Below are positions 36,944 to 49,118 of a DNA stretch of 64,000 bases, piece after piece. Positions within the stretch are counted from its first letter, which is position 1. Every line of letters starts with the position of its first letter. A program made the translations under genes and the position numbers. The DNA is taken from assembly GCA_002269645.1 (NCBI GenBank), contig NIVC01002097.1:124001-188000 (forward strand). Reading direction: 5' to 3'. The stretch is from Macrostomum lignano (Eukaryota). Under the pieces are notes generated by a model. The model was not told where the DNA came from. It made no database searches and was given only the letters and a program-made list of their open reading frames with translations.

Positions 36944-39900
36944 ATGGCTTCAGAATCAAAGACTGATAGCAAAGAGCTTCTTAAAGAAGCTTTGCTAGAG
37001 AGTAAGAAGAGAGAGCAACTGCTCATGCCAAGGCTTACTACAAAAGAGCGAGAGCTATGCCAGTGTTTGGTGAGCCAATTGTAGTTGTCACTGTTGTAAA
37101 AATCTTATGTAAATTTGTGGTTTACCTTCAATCAAATAAAGTATATTTATCATTGTACATTTTGCTTCCTTTTACATAGTTTCATCAGTTTTAGTTCCTG
37201 CTTGACAAATCTGATAATTTGTCACTTGTTATGTGGTCATTAGCCACCCACCATCTGGTCATTAGGCACTCGCCATCTGGTCATTAGCCATCCACAATCT
37301 GGTAGTTAGCAACCTGCCATCTGGTCATTAGTGACCTGCCATTTGGTCATTAGCAACCTACCATTTGGTCATTAGCAACCTACCATTTGGTCATTAGCAA
37401 CCTGCCATTCAGTCATTAGCCACCCACTATCTGGTCCCCACTGAAAAATAGGGAAGGATTTTGGTTTGGATTTTTTAGTTTGGCTTGTCAATATTCTCTG
37501 TATCCATTCAGTGGGAGAATATCTAGTCATTTCTTTGGATAAGGGATGCCAACTTTACATATCCGGATGTTTTGATTCAGACATTTTGTTTGTAGGCCTA
37601 TACATAGATTGAATTTGGACCTAAGTCCAGAAATGTATCTGGATATAAGGCCAGATTTGAGCCATATATCCAGATGTTTTGTTTGGATACAAGTATTGCA
37701 TTTTTATCTGGACGAAATGGCCAGATATGTAGATTGAATCTGGACATAAGTCCAGAAATGTATCCAGCTATATATTGGGCCAAATGATCCAATTTTCACA
37801 TTAATCTAGTTTTCCGATAGATAATGCAGTATATTTGCTGCTTCATTTGTATGAATAAATTCTGTCAATTCAAATGAATAAATTGTAGCAATTCTTTTGC
37901 ACATTTTAGTTGACAAAAAGGAAAGATGATTAAATTATATGTTAATATATATTTGATGCTAATAAAAGTGTAAAGATATTATTAAACAACAAGGAAATAA
38001 ACAAGTAACAGAAACATTGTCAAAATTGATCAAATGCTAATAGAGAGCTTGTGGAAAACAAGTAGTTAAACACAGTTTGTGGTAAACAGTTAGTTAGATA
38101 CAATTATTAATAAAAAATAGAAAGGCAAAATTAGTGGCAACAAGTAGTTAGTAATTAGTGGTTTCTAGAAAGAGGCGAGTATTATTAGACAGCCAGACTG
38201 CTGTTGTAGAACATTTGTTATTGAAATATGCTGATTAAATTGGAACGTACTGTGGTGACTTGGCCAGGGGCATAGCCAGGAATTTCCTACAGGGGGGATA
38301 CACCAAGGTGAATTTTCTACAGGAGGGATACACCAAGGTAAAAGTGCTACGACAGAGTCACATGGTAGCATGTATAGCAACAAAGGGCAATAAAAAAGTT
38401 TTGGTCAGGCTCTTCTGGGGGATACATCCCCCCTATCCCCCCTCCCTATGCCCCTGGATTTGGCTTGAGTTGAGTGGGGTGCTGGGGGGTTATTCGTTTG
38501 CGTTCACTTTCCATCGTACTGCGATTCATCTCGCTCCTTAGTTTACTCTGTTGTGCATACGTATACGTGACTAATAAATTTGCAGTCTCCTGAATTATTG
38601 ATTGGTTAAAATATTATTTCCATAAATATACAGACAGATTCATCATGCTACCGTTAATCATCGCTTTACAATCAAAACCTATGTGAAGTCTTTACATGTA
38701 CAGCATCGAGATCAGTCATCAGTAATCTCAATATCAGTAGCAGTAGCAGTAGTCGTTAGCTGTTTCGCTGGTGTTTGCTGCTCTGGCCACAGAATATACA
38801 CAGAATGGTGAATTAGCTCTCTCGCCAAAAAATCTTGCTCCGAAACTATATTCGCGATATGCTGCTAATGATGAGGTGCGTGATAAGTAGTAGATTTAGG
38901 CAGCTAGTGCCATAGACAGCGGTTAGGTGAGCTGTCCACAGAATATACTGTATATACTGTGTATACTCTGGAGCTGTCAGCCGATGCAATATTTTCGATA
39001 GCAAGCGGCAGCATGAATCTGTGGCATGAATGCTAAGACAAAATCCAAGATCCAATGCGCAGCTTACGGGTGCCCGCACTACGCAAATAAGTGCCCACCG
39101 CAGACGCGCTTCCATCGCTTTCCAGCGGATAGAAATCGGTAAGAGCCATTACAATTGCAAGTAGTGTAAATTAGATAAGTTGACATAGAAATACAATATT
39201 GCGCTTTAGATGCTTTTACGCTTATCCTTATCTCTTTACATTGACTTTTAATACATATAGCCTAGGGCGCTTAGCTTAATCTACGTCAATTTGATTGCAC
39301 TACTTTTCGCCACCTCATCATTAGTAGTCTATGAACATTTTATTCCGATAACTAGTTTAAGCGCTGATTCACCATTCTGTGTGTATTCTGTGGCTCTGGC
39401 TCTGTCTGCTCTCTTCTGCTTCTGTTACGCGCATTAGTACGCGCATTACTACTAATAAGCTTCCGATCTTCCTCAGGCTTTTAGTTGTAAATGGAAGTTA
39501 CGCGACAGCGTTTAAAACAATCGTGAACATCGTCTTCTTCTAGTGTCACGCCTTTTCGACTGCAGTAGGCAGCCACGATCTCTAGTTTTGCTGAATTGGC
39601 AATATGAATGCGTGGCCCAGGGGCTCCAATTCCACGGGAGGCGACGCGGCGGCCTGAAAACGTTGTCGTCAAAAATTCATCATTTGAAAAGACGGCGCGG
39701 AGAATTCGGCGAATAAAAGCGAACTTCGTCCGCTGCAGCTTCGTTTTTTGCTGTTCCGTCGCCTCCGTTGTTTGCGCACCCCATCGTTGCTGCATGGGCA
39801 ACAACTCAGTTAAATTTTTTTCTATGGCTGTGCGGTCCTGCAGCGTGACAAGTAACTTTGCAAACTCCGCGTCCGTCTCTGACAGTGTTGGGCACTTCCA

Positions 39901-42900
39901 TTACCGAGTAACTTGCAAATGGTAACACAAGTTACTTTTTCGTAAAGCGTTCCTTACGCAAGTTACTTTTTTATTTTAGTAACGGAGTAACGGTAAGTTA
40001 CTCAAATTTCACAAGTCCGTTACAGTTACTTTGCAACAATCGCAATATTTAAATTTAAAACTGAAATGCTTAGCTATTACGCCGGTTGTCACATGTTTTT
40101 GCATTTTTCATTCCTAAATTCAAAATTAAGTGAATAGTATTATTTGGTATTGCGCTTTAATTAATGAAGAAATACTTGAAAATGAAAGGCAAAAATATTT
40201 TACTGAAATTATAACAAAGCAAAACATGTTTCAAGTTACTAAAAATTTTCAAGTTTGATTCAAACAAACAACCAAAGAAAAAAATTCATCTGTAGCCTCC
40301 ACAAGTCCCTCCGCTGGCACTGCAGTACACTACACTATTTTATACAGTTATATTTATTTTACTCTATTGAATTATTGATATTCGTTTATTTTATCATTTA
40401 TAATTTTAATTATTGATTGCCATTGCCCATTGGTCCTTCTACTTGCCCCACATCGTGTCGCCAATTGCTGTCTCTGGCTGTTAATCGGTTAATCCCAATG
40501 CCCAATGGCAAATTTCGGAAACAACAGTGTGAAAAAATGTGCAATGTGAAAAAAGCAGAAAATTTTGTTAATAACATGGGTAACGGAAGTGAGTAACGGA
40601 CAGTAACTTAAAAGTTACCGGGCTTTTGTCTAAAGTTACTAGGCTAACGTAAGTTACTTTTTAAAAATTGGTAACTTAAGTTACAGTAACGCAAGTTACT
40701 TTTTTGAGTAACTTGCCCAACACTGGTCTCTGAAATCGGCACGAGATTGCCAGACGACGTAAAAACAGCCTGCATGCTTCGATGCAGCGCCTCAGTCTGT
40801 CCCGAACTGAGGCTGCCGCGTACGTAAACCCCAGTTGTGGGACGTTGCTGGGTTTGATGCTCCGGCGGCTGCAGGTGCGTTGACTGGCAATTACTAGTAT
40901 TGTCCTCGTCTTCGCGGTGGCAGCGTTCTCGCCGGGCAACTCACTTAAACTCCGGGCAACTCTCCTGAGTAATCCTGTTACTCAGGATTGGTAACAGCGC
41001 TTATGCATCCGTGCTACGACCTGCTTAATTTACAACAAGGCTGCATCGCTAGTCCCAGATTCGCATCAAGGTGACTCATCGCAGCCGCGGGCCTTCAGCT
41101 GGTCGATTTCTTGGGCCGCTTCGGAAAGTTTCTGCCGCGCTTGCCTGAGTTCTTGGTCTAAAGGAGATGTACGGAAGATAAATGAGTAATGTATAGTCAT
41201 TTGATTCGCTGCACCACAAGAACACGCATATTGTGAGTCAGATCCCGTTTGTCGTCTTCGTGGCGACCAATAATGTGGCCCTCTTGCACTGGCCCGTATT
41301 GGATGACGCTGTTGGCTGACGCGTCATATTTAATGCACCGATAACGGGATTCGTCCTCTTTTCTACTACTTTTAAAGTCGACATAATTGGGCGGAAGCCT
41401 GTCAGCGTTTCGAAGTTGTAGCTGTTGAAGTAGAAGACGATGCTGCTGCGCTACCTTTTCCTCTCATGCTTTACCAATCTCTAAAACAGTATGCCGCAAT
41501 TACTGTATGAAGTAAACAGTAGATGTTTGTAGCTATTCGCCTGCAAATGTTCGTAACTGACTGAAACTCCCACTGAAAGCCCAGTCGTCGTGTTCTATAC
41601 TTGCTTTTCGGCTTGGTCAAGCCTCTCACGGGATGTCAGGGGACATCAAAGGACATGTGACACTGGGTAGTAGGCCTAGTGTGTTGTATATAGGAAATAT
41701 GTAGTACAGGACACAAAAGTACAAATACAAACTAATGAAGATAACGATGCAATATGTGCTACCTATTTATGCAATTCTTCTAATTGTATCCGGTTATACG
41801 AGTATAATACATCTGCTTGATAAAAACCCTGGTTTATTAATGTTGATGAATGATGCATAATATATATTATAGTAAATTATCTACTCTGATATTAGGTGCA
41901 AGAAAGTATGACGAAACGACGAAATTGATCAATTACTAATAGAAAATTAGTTACATGCAATTAGTGATATATAATTAGTACACATTAGTGGTAAAAAATT
42001 ACTTGTATACAATTAGTTGCACACAATTAGTGGTACACAATTAGTTGCACTTACAATTAGCAGTACACAATTAGTAATAGAATATTAAGTTTTGACAATT
42101 GCTTACATGCAATTAGTGATATACAACTACTACATATTAGTGGTAAACAATTACTTGTACATAATTAGTTGCTCACAATTAGTCTTACACACAATTACTT
42201 GCACACGATTAGTTGTACACAAGTAGTAGTGCAAATGCAAATATACTACAGGAATATTTTTTGTTCGTTTTATACTTCGTTTGTGCAGATAGTTGCCTCT
42301 AATTCAGCTGCTACAGCAGCGAGGATTTTGTTCATGCCATCGTCAGCCCAGAGTCTGGCACCGCCAACGTAGTCGTATGAACATACGTTGATTGTTTTCG
42401 CAAACACTGGCGACGATGGCGTAAGTGTTTTGGTGTCACTTTTCGATTGAGCATTTTTCGCGCTCTTCCAATCTTCCAGTTCTTCAATCGCCAGTCTGGC
42501 TTCCTGTTTGTGGAACAATTAATGTGTTAAGAACAGAACTTAAGTGTCAGAGGGTAAGGAATAAAACAAGTTCGGATCTCTAACCTGCAATGCTACTTCG
42601 ACGCGCAGAAATGCCAACGCAACTTTTTCCTCCAGTTGTGCCTTCACATGCTGAGCACTCGATGTAGCAGCAACAGCTGTAGCAGAGGCAGCACTCAATG
42701 CAGCAGCAACAGCTGTAGCAGAGGCAGCACTCGATGTAGCAGCAACAGCTGTAGCAGAGGCAGCACTCGATGTAGCAGCAACAGCTGTAGCAGAGGCAGC
42801 ACTCGATGTAGCAACAACAGCTGTAGCAGAGGCAGCACTCGATGTAGCAGCAACAGCTGTAGCAGAGGCAGCACTCGATGTAGCAGCAACAGCTGTAGCA

Positions 42901-45789
42901 GAGGCAGCACTCGATGTAGCAACAACAGCTGTAGCAGAGGCAGCACTCGATGTAGCAACAACAGCTGTAGCAGAGGCAGCACTCGATGTAGCAGCAACAG
43001 CTGTAGCAGTTAAGCAGACGCAACACTCGATGTAGCAGCAACAGCTGTAGCAGAGGCAGCACTCGATGTAGCAGCAACAGCTGTAGCAGAGGCAGCACTC
43101 GATGTAGCAGCAACAGCTGTAGCAGTTAAGCAGACGCAACACTCGATGTAGCAGCAACAGCTGTAGCACAGTCACCATCGCAGAAAAGGTTCTCAAAAAG
43201 GTGCTCGCAACTGTCAGCCGTCAGCCACAGCACCACTACCAGCAAAGGTCGCAGCACAGGCAGCATCGGCGGCCACAGCAGCAGCAGCTTTTTGTCGGGC
43301 AGCCACATTAGTCCGCTTACCTAACCACCCTGTGCAATTAGAAACTTCTCTACTTTTGCGTTTTTCATAGTACTGTTAAAAGATGGGAATTTAGCATAGA
43401 AACAGTCGGTTAAAGTTAAAAAGTCGGAACGAAACGCGTGCGGTCGCGAAACTGTAGCTAAATGTTAAAAAGGCTAGAGATACTAAAAATAAATAAACGC
43501 AGACACAGACACTGAGTAGTTTACGAGCAATACGTTAGTCAACTTAAGTAAATAGACAACTGAAACGAACAGTTCAAATTGGTATACACTGTCAGCAGAC
43601 ATTTAACAGTAAGAAAACGCATTTAGCCATTGGAAGCTGCACGTGAGGTAGCAGAGCGATGTGCGTTTCGGACACCGCACAGCAGCCACTATCTCATTGA
43701 TACTGATGTCGACCTTCTTCCGAGTACGAGTAGTCAAATCCGAGTACGCCACTCAGAGGGGAAGCGAACTTGACTCCCATAGTATCCCTGCGTCATGCAG
43801 TCCGGGGTGGTGAACTCTTCCGGTCTGGAACGCAGCTAATGCATGGATGTCCATTAGTGTTCCCACTGAGGGTTCCATGCACCCTTTCGCTCTAGCCGCG
43901 TTTAGCATCGCAGTGTGATAACTTTCTGAAATCCAGGGTTGATCTGGGCAAAAAATCGAAAAGGTCATATATGCATTGAGAAAAAGTACGGTAAATATCC
44001 GAACCAAGTGGTTCAATATCCGGATGAAAAGTCCGGAAATTTTTGTCCGGATAAGTCACATATCCGGTTGATAATCCGGATACTCGTCCGGATACGACTT
44101 GTCCGGATATTATTCGGATAAAATGTCATATCTGCACATATCCGGCCGTTCATTCGGAAAAGTGCCCCTATCCGGATCCGGATACGCTATATCCGAACCA
44201 AATATCCGTCCCTATTTTTCAGCGGGTCATTAGCGACCCGCCATCTGGTCATTAGCGACCCGCCATCTGGTCATTAGCGACCCGCCATCTGGTCATTAGC
44301 GACCCGCCATCTGGTCATTAGCCACCCGCCATCTGGTCATTAGCGATCCGCCATCTGTTCATTAGCCACCCGCCATCTGGTCATTAGCCACCCGCCATCT
44401 GGTCATTAGTCACCCACCATCTGGTCATTAGTGACGGTCATTTGGTCATTAGCGATGCGCCATCTGGTCATTAGCCACCCGCCATCTGGTCATTAGCGAT
44501 CCGCCATCTGTTCATTAGCCACTTACCATCTGGTCATTAGCCACCCGCCATCTGGTCATTAGTCACCCACCATCTGGTCAATAGCGACCCGCCATCTGGT
44601 CATTAGCGACCCGCCATCTGGTCATTAGCGACCCGCCATCTGGTCATTAGCCACCCGCCATCTGGTCATTAGTCACCCACCATCTGGTCAATAGCGACCG
44701 CCATCTGGTCATTAGCGATGCACCATCTGGTCATTCGCCGTCAAACCTCCCACCCGTTCAGCAGCAACTGGAGCAGCTGCGGGCCCAGTCCGCCAGCACG
44801 GCCTCCACGCAGCTCAAAGCGATGATGCTGGACCCCGCTGTCAATGTGCTCTACCAGCGACTCCGCAAGGAGCTCGGGGACTGTCGCGACAGACTGGAGC
44901 AGACTCAAAACGACCTATCGGCCTGGAAGTTCACCCCGGATAGCCAGACTGGTAAGCGGCTGATGGCGCGGATCCGGCAGCTGCACCAGGAGAACAGCGA
45001 GCTCAGCCAGGGCATGTCGTCGGCCGCCGTGGCCAAGATGGAGAGCGAGATCGCTTTAGAGAAAACTCTGCTAGTGGAGATGCGGAAGACGCACACAGGT
45101 GAGCCTCCGGCTCATCAATTATCTAGAAGATTTGCTCAGCAAGTGTAACTTGCTATTAGCTGAGAGCAGTCACGTGACTTACATGTTGGCTTAGAGGGCA
45201 GAGCAGTAACCGTCAACATTCATTTTTGCTTGGTTGGGGGTTTGTCGTGCGATTCCCACTCATTTGAGGGCCAACCCCCAAGGCTCAGAGTGTGCATGCC
45301 TCTCTGATTAGAAAGTCGGGGCCCCTGTACATCCTGCATGAGCGTGTACACAGTATTGGCGCGCTTGCAGGTGCTCAGGAGTCAGCAGAATGGGCGGAAC
45401 TGCCTCAGCGCTAGCTGTGGGACCATGTCGCCGAAGGGTGCCCAGCTGATGGGCAGCAATCTCTTCCTCCCTCGGTCTATATTCCTGCTGAGCATCGCAT
45501 CTCGAAATCCCGATGCCCGACTTCCCCCGCAGAGCAGGAGCACCTACTCGGCGAGATTGACGACGAGACCGAGTCGCTGCAGTCCACCATCCTCATCATG
45601 CAGGGCCAGCTCAGCGATGCCTACCTACGCATCGAGGCGCTCCGTCTGCAGCTGCACGCCTTCGACGCCGGGGCCGCCTCCGGCTACCGCACCGCCGCCC
45701 CGACGCCCCCGCCGCTCCTGCCAGCAACGGAGGGCAGAGCGGCTTCCGCTGAGCTTCGCGTTTTGGGGGGGGGCGAACCGCGTGGCTGA
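36944..45789 (+). CDS. WTAP: WTAP / female-lethal(2)d homolog (m6A writer complex), ~239 aa; exons 36944-37069, 44762-45098, 45533-45789
   Basis: ESKKREQLLMPRLTTKERE|QQLEQLR...MLDPAVN...LEQTQNDLSAWKFTPDSQTGKRLMARIRQLHQENSEL...|EIDDETESLQSTILIMQGQL. Canonical GT-AG junctions in frame; an additional upstream exon is possible (acceptor at 36935). Confidence 0.92.
37240..37436 (+). repeat. 22-bp minisatellite, left half (continues at 44227-44735)
   Basis: Unit ggtcattagc(g/c)acccgccatct. Confidence 0.9.
38265..38456. mobile_element. hAT-like MITE (CAGGGGCATAG termini), 192 bp
   Basis: TIR CAGGGGCATAG / CTATGCCCCTG; TSD GACTTGGC / GATTTGGC. Confidence 0.75.
38788..39392. mobile_element. P-superfamily-like MITE (CACAG termini), 605 bp
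   Basis: ~30-bp TIR CACAGAATA(T/C)ACACAGAATGGTGAAT(T/C)AGC and 8-bp TSD GCTCTGGC (38780-38787 / 39393-39400). Confidence 0.75.
39481..40940 (-). pseudogene. Transposon accessory gene (DUF4806-like) disrupted by a hAT MITE
   Basis: Removing 39883-40725 plus one TSD joins ...SGNLVPISETDAEFAKLL...KFAFIRRILRAVFSNDEFLTTTFSGRR...DCFKRCR in one frame. The resemblance to DUF4806 is by eye only. Confidence 0.45.
39883..40725. mobile_element. hAT MITE (CAGTGTTGGGCA termini), 843 bp
   Basis: TIR CAGTGTTGGGCA / TGCCCAACACTG, perfect 8-bp TSD GTCTCTGA, and subterminal GTAAC/GTTAC repeats. Confidence 0.88.
42655..43168 (+). repeat. 36-bp minisatellite
   Basis: Unit gcagcaacagctgtagcagaggcagcactcgatgta. 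Confidence 0.95.
44227..44735 (+). repeat. 22-bp minisatellite, right half, abutting the WTAP exon-2 acceptor
   Basis: Unit ggtcattagcgacccgccatct. Confidence 0.95.
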
Positions 45790-45883
45790 ACTTAGTGGCG
45801 TGGAATGGTGCATTTGCTGGCCCGTGGATTTGCGGCTGGAGAATTGCAAACCCCCTTTAGCAACCTGCAGTAATCTCTCCAAT

Positions 45884-46378
45884 CAGCCACCTGCAGAATC
45901 GCCCCTCTAATCAGCCACCTGCAGAATCGCCCCTCCAATCAGCCACCTGCAGAATCGCCCCTCCAATCAGCCACCTGCAGAATCGCCCCTCTAATCAGCC
46001 ACCTGCAGAATCGCCCCTCCAATCAGCCACCTGCAGAATCGCCCCTCCAATCAGCCGCCTGCAGAATCGCCCCTCCAATCAGCCACCTGCAGAATCGCCC
46101 CTCTAATCAGCCACCTGCAGAATCGCCCCTCCAATCAGCCACCTGCAGAATCGCCCCTCTAATCAGCCACCTGCAGAATCGCCCCTCCAATCAGCCACCT
46201 GCAGAATCGCCCCTCCAATCAGCCGCCTGCAGAATCGCCCCTCTAATCAGCCACCTGCAGAATCGCCCCTCCAATCAGCCACCTGCAGAATCGCCCCTCC
46301 AATCAGCCACCTGCAGAATCGCCCCTCTAATCAGCCACCTGCAGAATCGCCCCTCCAATCAGCCACCTGCAGAATCGC
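45884..46378 (+). repeat. 28-bp minisatellite downstream of WTAP
   Basis: Unit aatcagccacctgcagaatcgcccctcc. Confidence 0.95.
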
Positions 46379-47018
46379 CTTTGTTTCAGCTTCTAGTTTC
46401 TGGTTTCTGTAAATATTTGTACGCAAAGTTGCCCGCTGCAAGTTCAGCAAGTTCAGTAAGGTGGAATCCAGTAAATTGAAAATGAAAAATTCACCGCTGC
46501 GCTTGCAATTCAATTATGCGCTGTTTTAAACAATCGCGAATCGTTTACCGCCGTTTACTTTTTTATGATCTCGTTTACTTTTTTTGAATGCTTAGTCAGC
46601 TAATCAAAACTGCCTGTTCTCATTTTCCCTTCTATCTTCTCTCCCACTCTCCCTTCTTCTCAATCCTCTCCTTTTGTCTCCCTCTCTCCCCTTCTCTACC
46701 CTCGAATCTCCCCGTCTCTACTTATAGTGCGTCTCATTTTACCAGCTATAATTCACGGTCTGAGTTGCTAAGCACGCTCCCTCCCTTCTCTTGGGCTTGG
46801 GTTTAAAGCTAGCTGACAAAACGTGTTAAAGTGAATAGGTGATACTCGCGTACACAGAACTTTTTTTACAAGTCTCAAATCCTGATTTTCTCATGAATAA
46901 ATTTCAGCTTAAGGACTCCTGCATGTACATGTAAAAGTGCACACCGAATCAGAGCCAGTTTAGAGAGAGAGACATTCAGATAAAATAATTTTGCTTCGCA
47001 GTCAATCAGACGCTAGAC

Positions 47019-48494
47019 ATGTCTCGAGCTTCTCAACTATTTGAACACCTCATAATTGCTCGCTGGTGTCTGCACGGCGCCCACCTGGACATGGCGGCCG
47101 ATGAGTACGCCAGGGTCAGGGCGATGGCTGCGGCCTCGGGCGACCCCGACACCGAGGCCGCTGCGCTGACCGGCCTGGCTGACGTGGCCATCCAGCTGGG
47201 CCAGTGGGACTCCGCCCGCCTGCTGCTCGAGTACGCGCTGGCCCCGCCCGCCTGCGACCGGGTACGCTGCGCTGGACAGCTTTTTTATAGGCTCTGATAG
47301 TCAAAGCCCACAAACAGACAGTCAAACCCACACCCAGACAGTCAAACCCCACACCCAGACAGTCAAAGCCCACACCCAGACAGTCAAACCCCACACCCAG
47401 ACAGTCAAAGCCCACAAACAGACAGTCAAACCCACACCCAGACAGTCAAACCCACACCCAGACAGTCAAACCCACACCCAGACAGTCAAACCCCACACCC
47501 AGACAGTCAAACCCACACCCAGACAGTCAAACCCACACCCAGACAGTCAAACCCCCACCCAGACAGTCAAAACCCACACCCAGACAGTCAAAGCCCACAA
47601 ACAGACAGTCACAGCACACCCAGACAGTCAAACCCACACCCAGACAGTCAAACCCACACCCAGACAGTCAAACCCACACCCAGACAGTCAAAGCCCACAA
47701 ACAGACAGTCAAACCCACACCCAGACAGTCAAACCCACACCCAGACAGTCAAACCCACACCCAGACAGTCAAACCCACACCCAGACAGTCAAACCCACAC
47801 CCAGACAGTCAAACCCACACCCAGACAGTCAAACCCCACACCCAGACAGTCAAAACCCACACCCAGACAGTCAAAGCCCACAAACAGACAGTCACAGCAC
47901 ACCCAGACAGTCAAACCCACACCCAGACAGTCAAACCCACACCCAGACAGTCAAACCCACACCCAGACAGTCAAAGCCCACAAACAGACAGTCACAGCAC
48001 ACCCAGACAGTCACACCACACCCAGACAGTCAAACCCCCACCCAGACAGTCAAACCCCCATCCAGACAGTCAAACCCCCATCCAGACAGTCAAAACCCAC
48101 ACCCAAACAGTCAAACTGCACCCGTAAGGCAGTCTCAAGCCCACAAACGCACTACGCTGGCACTACATACAACTTCGTTATCTTCCAGGTGCAGTCGAGG
48201 CGCCTTCTGCGCGCTCGCTACCTGCTCGGCCTGGCGCTCATGGCGCTGGGCAGGGCAGCGGCTTCCCGCGCCGCCCTGGAAGCCGCCATGGCGGTTGTCG
48301 GCGCTGCCGATGCCACCGACTCGGCCAGAGACGAAATTTGCGCGGCGCTGTCGCAGCTGGACTTGGCCGGGGACGTCCCGGACGGTTCCCAGCTGGCCGC
48401 TGCCGCCTTGAAGTTCGACTCCACCGGACTGGACGATGACGGGGGAGACCGGAGGAAGGTCGGAGCTGCAGCGACGGTTGGCTCACTGATTTAA
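47019..48494 (+). CDS. Small alpha-helical TPR-like protein; exons 47019-47261 and 48189-48494 (may lack upstream exons)
   Basis: TPR-like segments EAAALTGLADVAIQLGQWDSARLLLEYAL and RARYLLGLALMALGRAAASRAALEAAM; in-frame CGG|GTACGC...CCAG|GTG junction. Confidence 0.6.
47295..48115 (+). repeat. ~20-bp intronic minisatellite
   Basis: Unit ccagacagtcaaacccacac. Confidence 0.95.
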
Positions 48495-49118
48495 ACTTGA
48501 AAACTTTTTGCTACTGTGCACTGCTGCGGCTATCCGTTGCTTACCTGTTATACGGAAGTATTACCTGTGCTGTTTTTACTCCACAGGATGGGGTTAGGGT
48601 AATTACGGTTAAGGTTGGTTCAGGGTAGGTTATGGTTAGATTGGTTTGGTTTTGATTTTGCGTGTACAGCTTTTCTGAAATCTACAGTTGCGTTAAATTT
48701 AGGACAATTTTTGTAAGTTCCGGAGGCGAAATGACTGCTCAAAAATCATCTCGTGTGCATTGTGTCTTTCACTGGGCTTACTACTCACCTCTCTGCGACC
48801 TCAAATTTATGAGGCATAATTACAAGAGGGGTCTTTCGGTAGAGTATCCGTTTCTGCATTTCTTTTTTTTTCTATTGCCATGCCCTGTGCCAAGTCAAAT
48901 ACAATAAAGATGTTCAGCAGATGTTCAAAATTTTGTAGTTGCTCACACCTTATAAATCAGAATAATTTTGTTTGACTTTAGCTTTGTTGATTTCATGTTG
49001 TTAATAAAGTTCACAGGTGCATGGGCCACTCTTGTGAAAGGATTGCAGACGTTCTGTCGAGTTCGGCTATGCTAACAACACCTTATTTAAGAGGAAAAAC
49101 ACTGAATTGGTCTCTCAG

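Larger units (their letters stand above)
37437..44226. mobile_element. CMC/EnSpm(CACTA)-like DNA transposon, 6.8 kb, in WTAP intron 1
   Basis: ~36-bp TIR CCC(A/G)CTGAAAAATAGGGA(A/C)GGAT..TTGGTT(T/C)GGAT, 2-bp TSD TC, and dense subterminal ATATCC(G/A)GAT motifs at both ends. It splits a 22-bp minisatellite. No intact transposase seen. Confidence 0.78.

Noticed and set aside
48585-48655. Telomere-like GGTTAG motifs (also ~30495-30515)
   Set aside because: Few and degenerate; typical of transposon-internal sequence rather than an interstitial telomere array.
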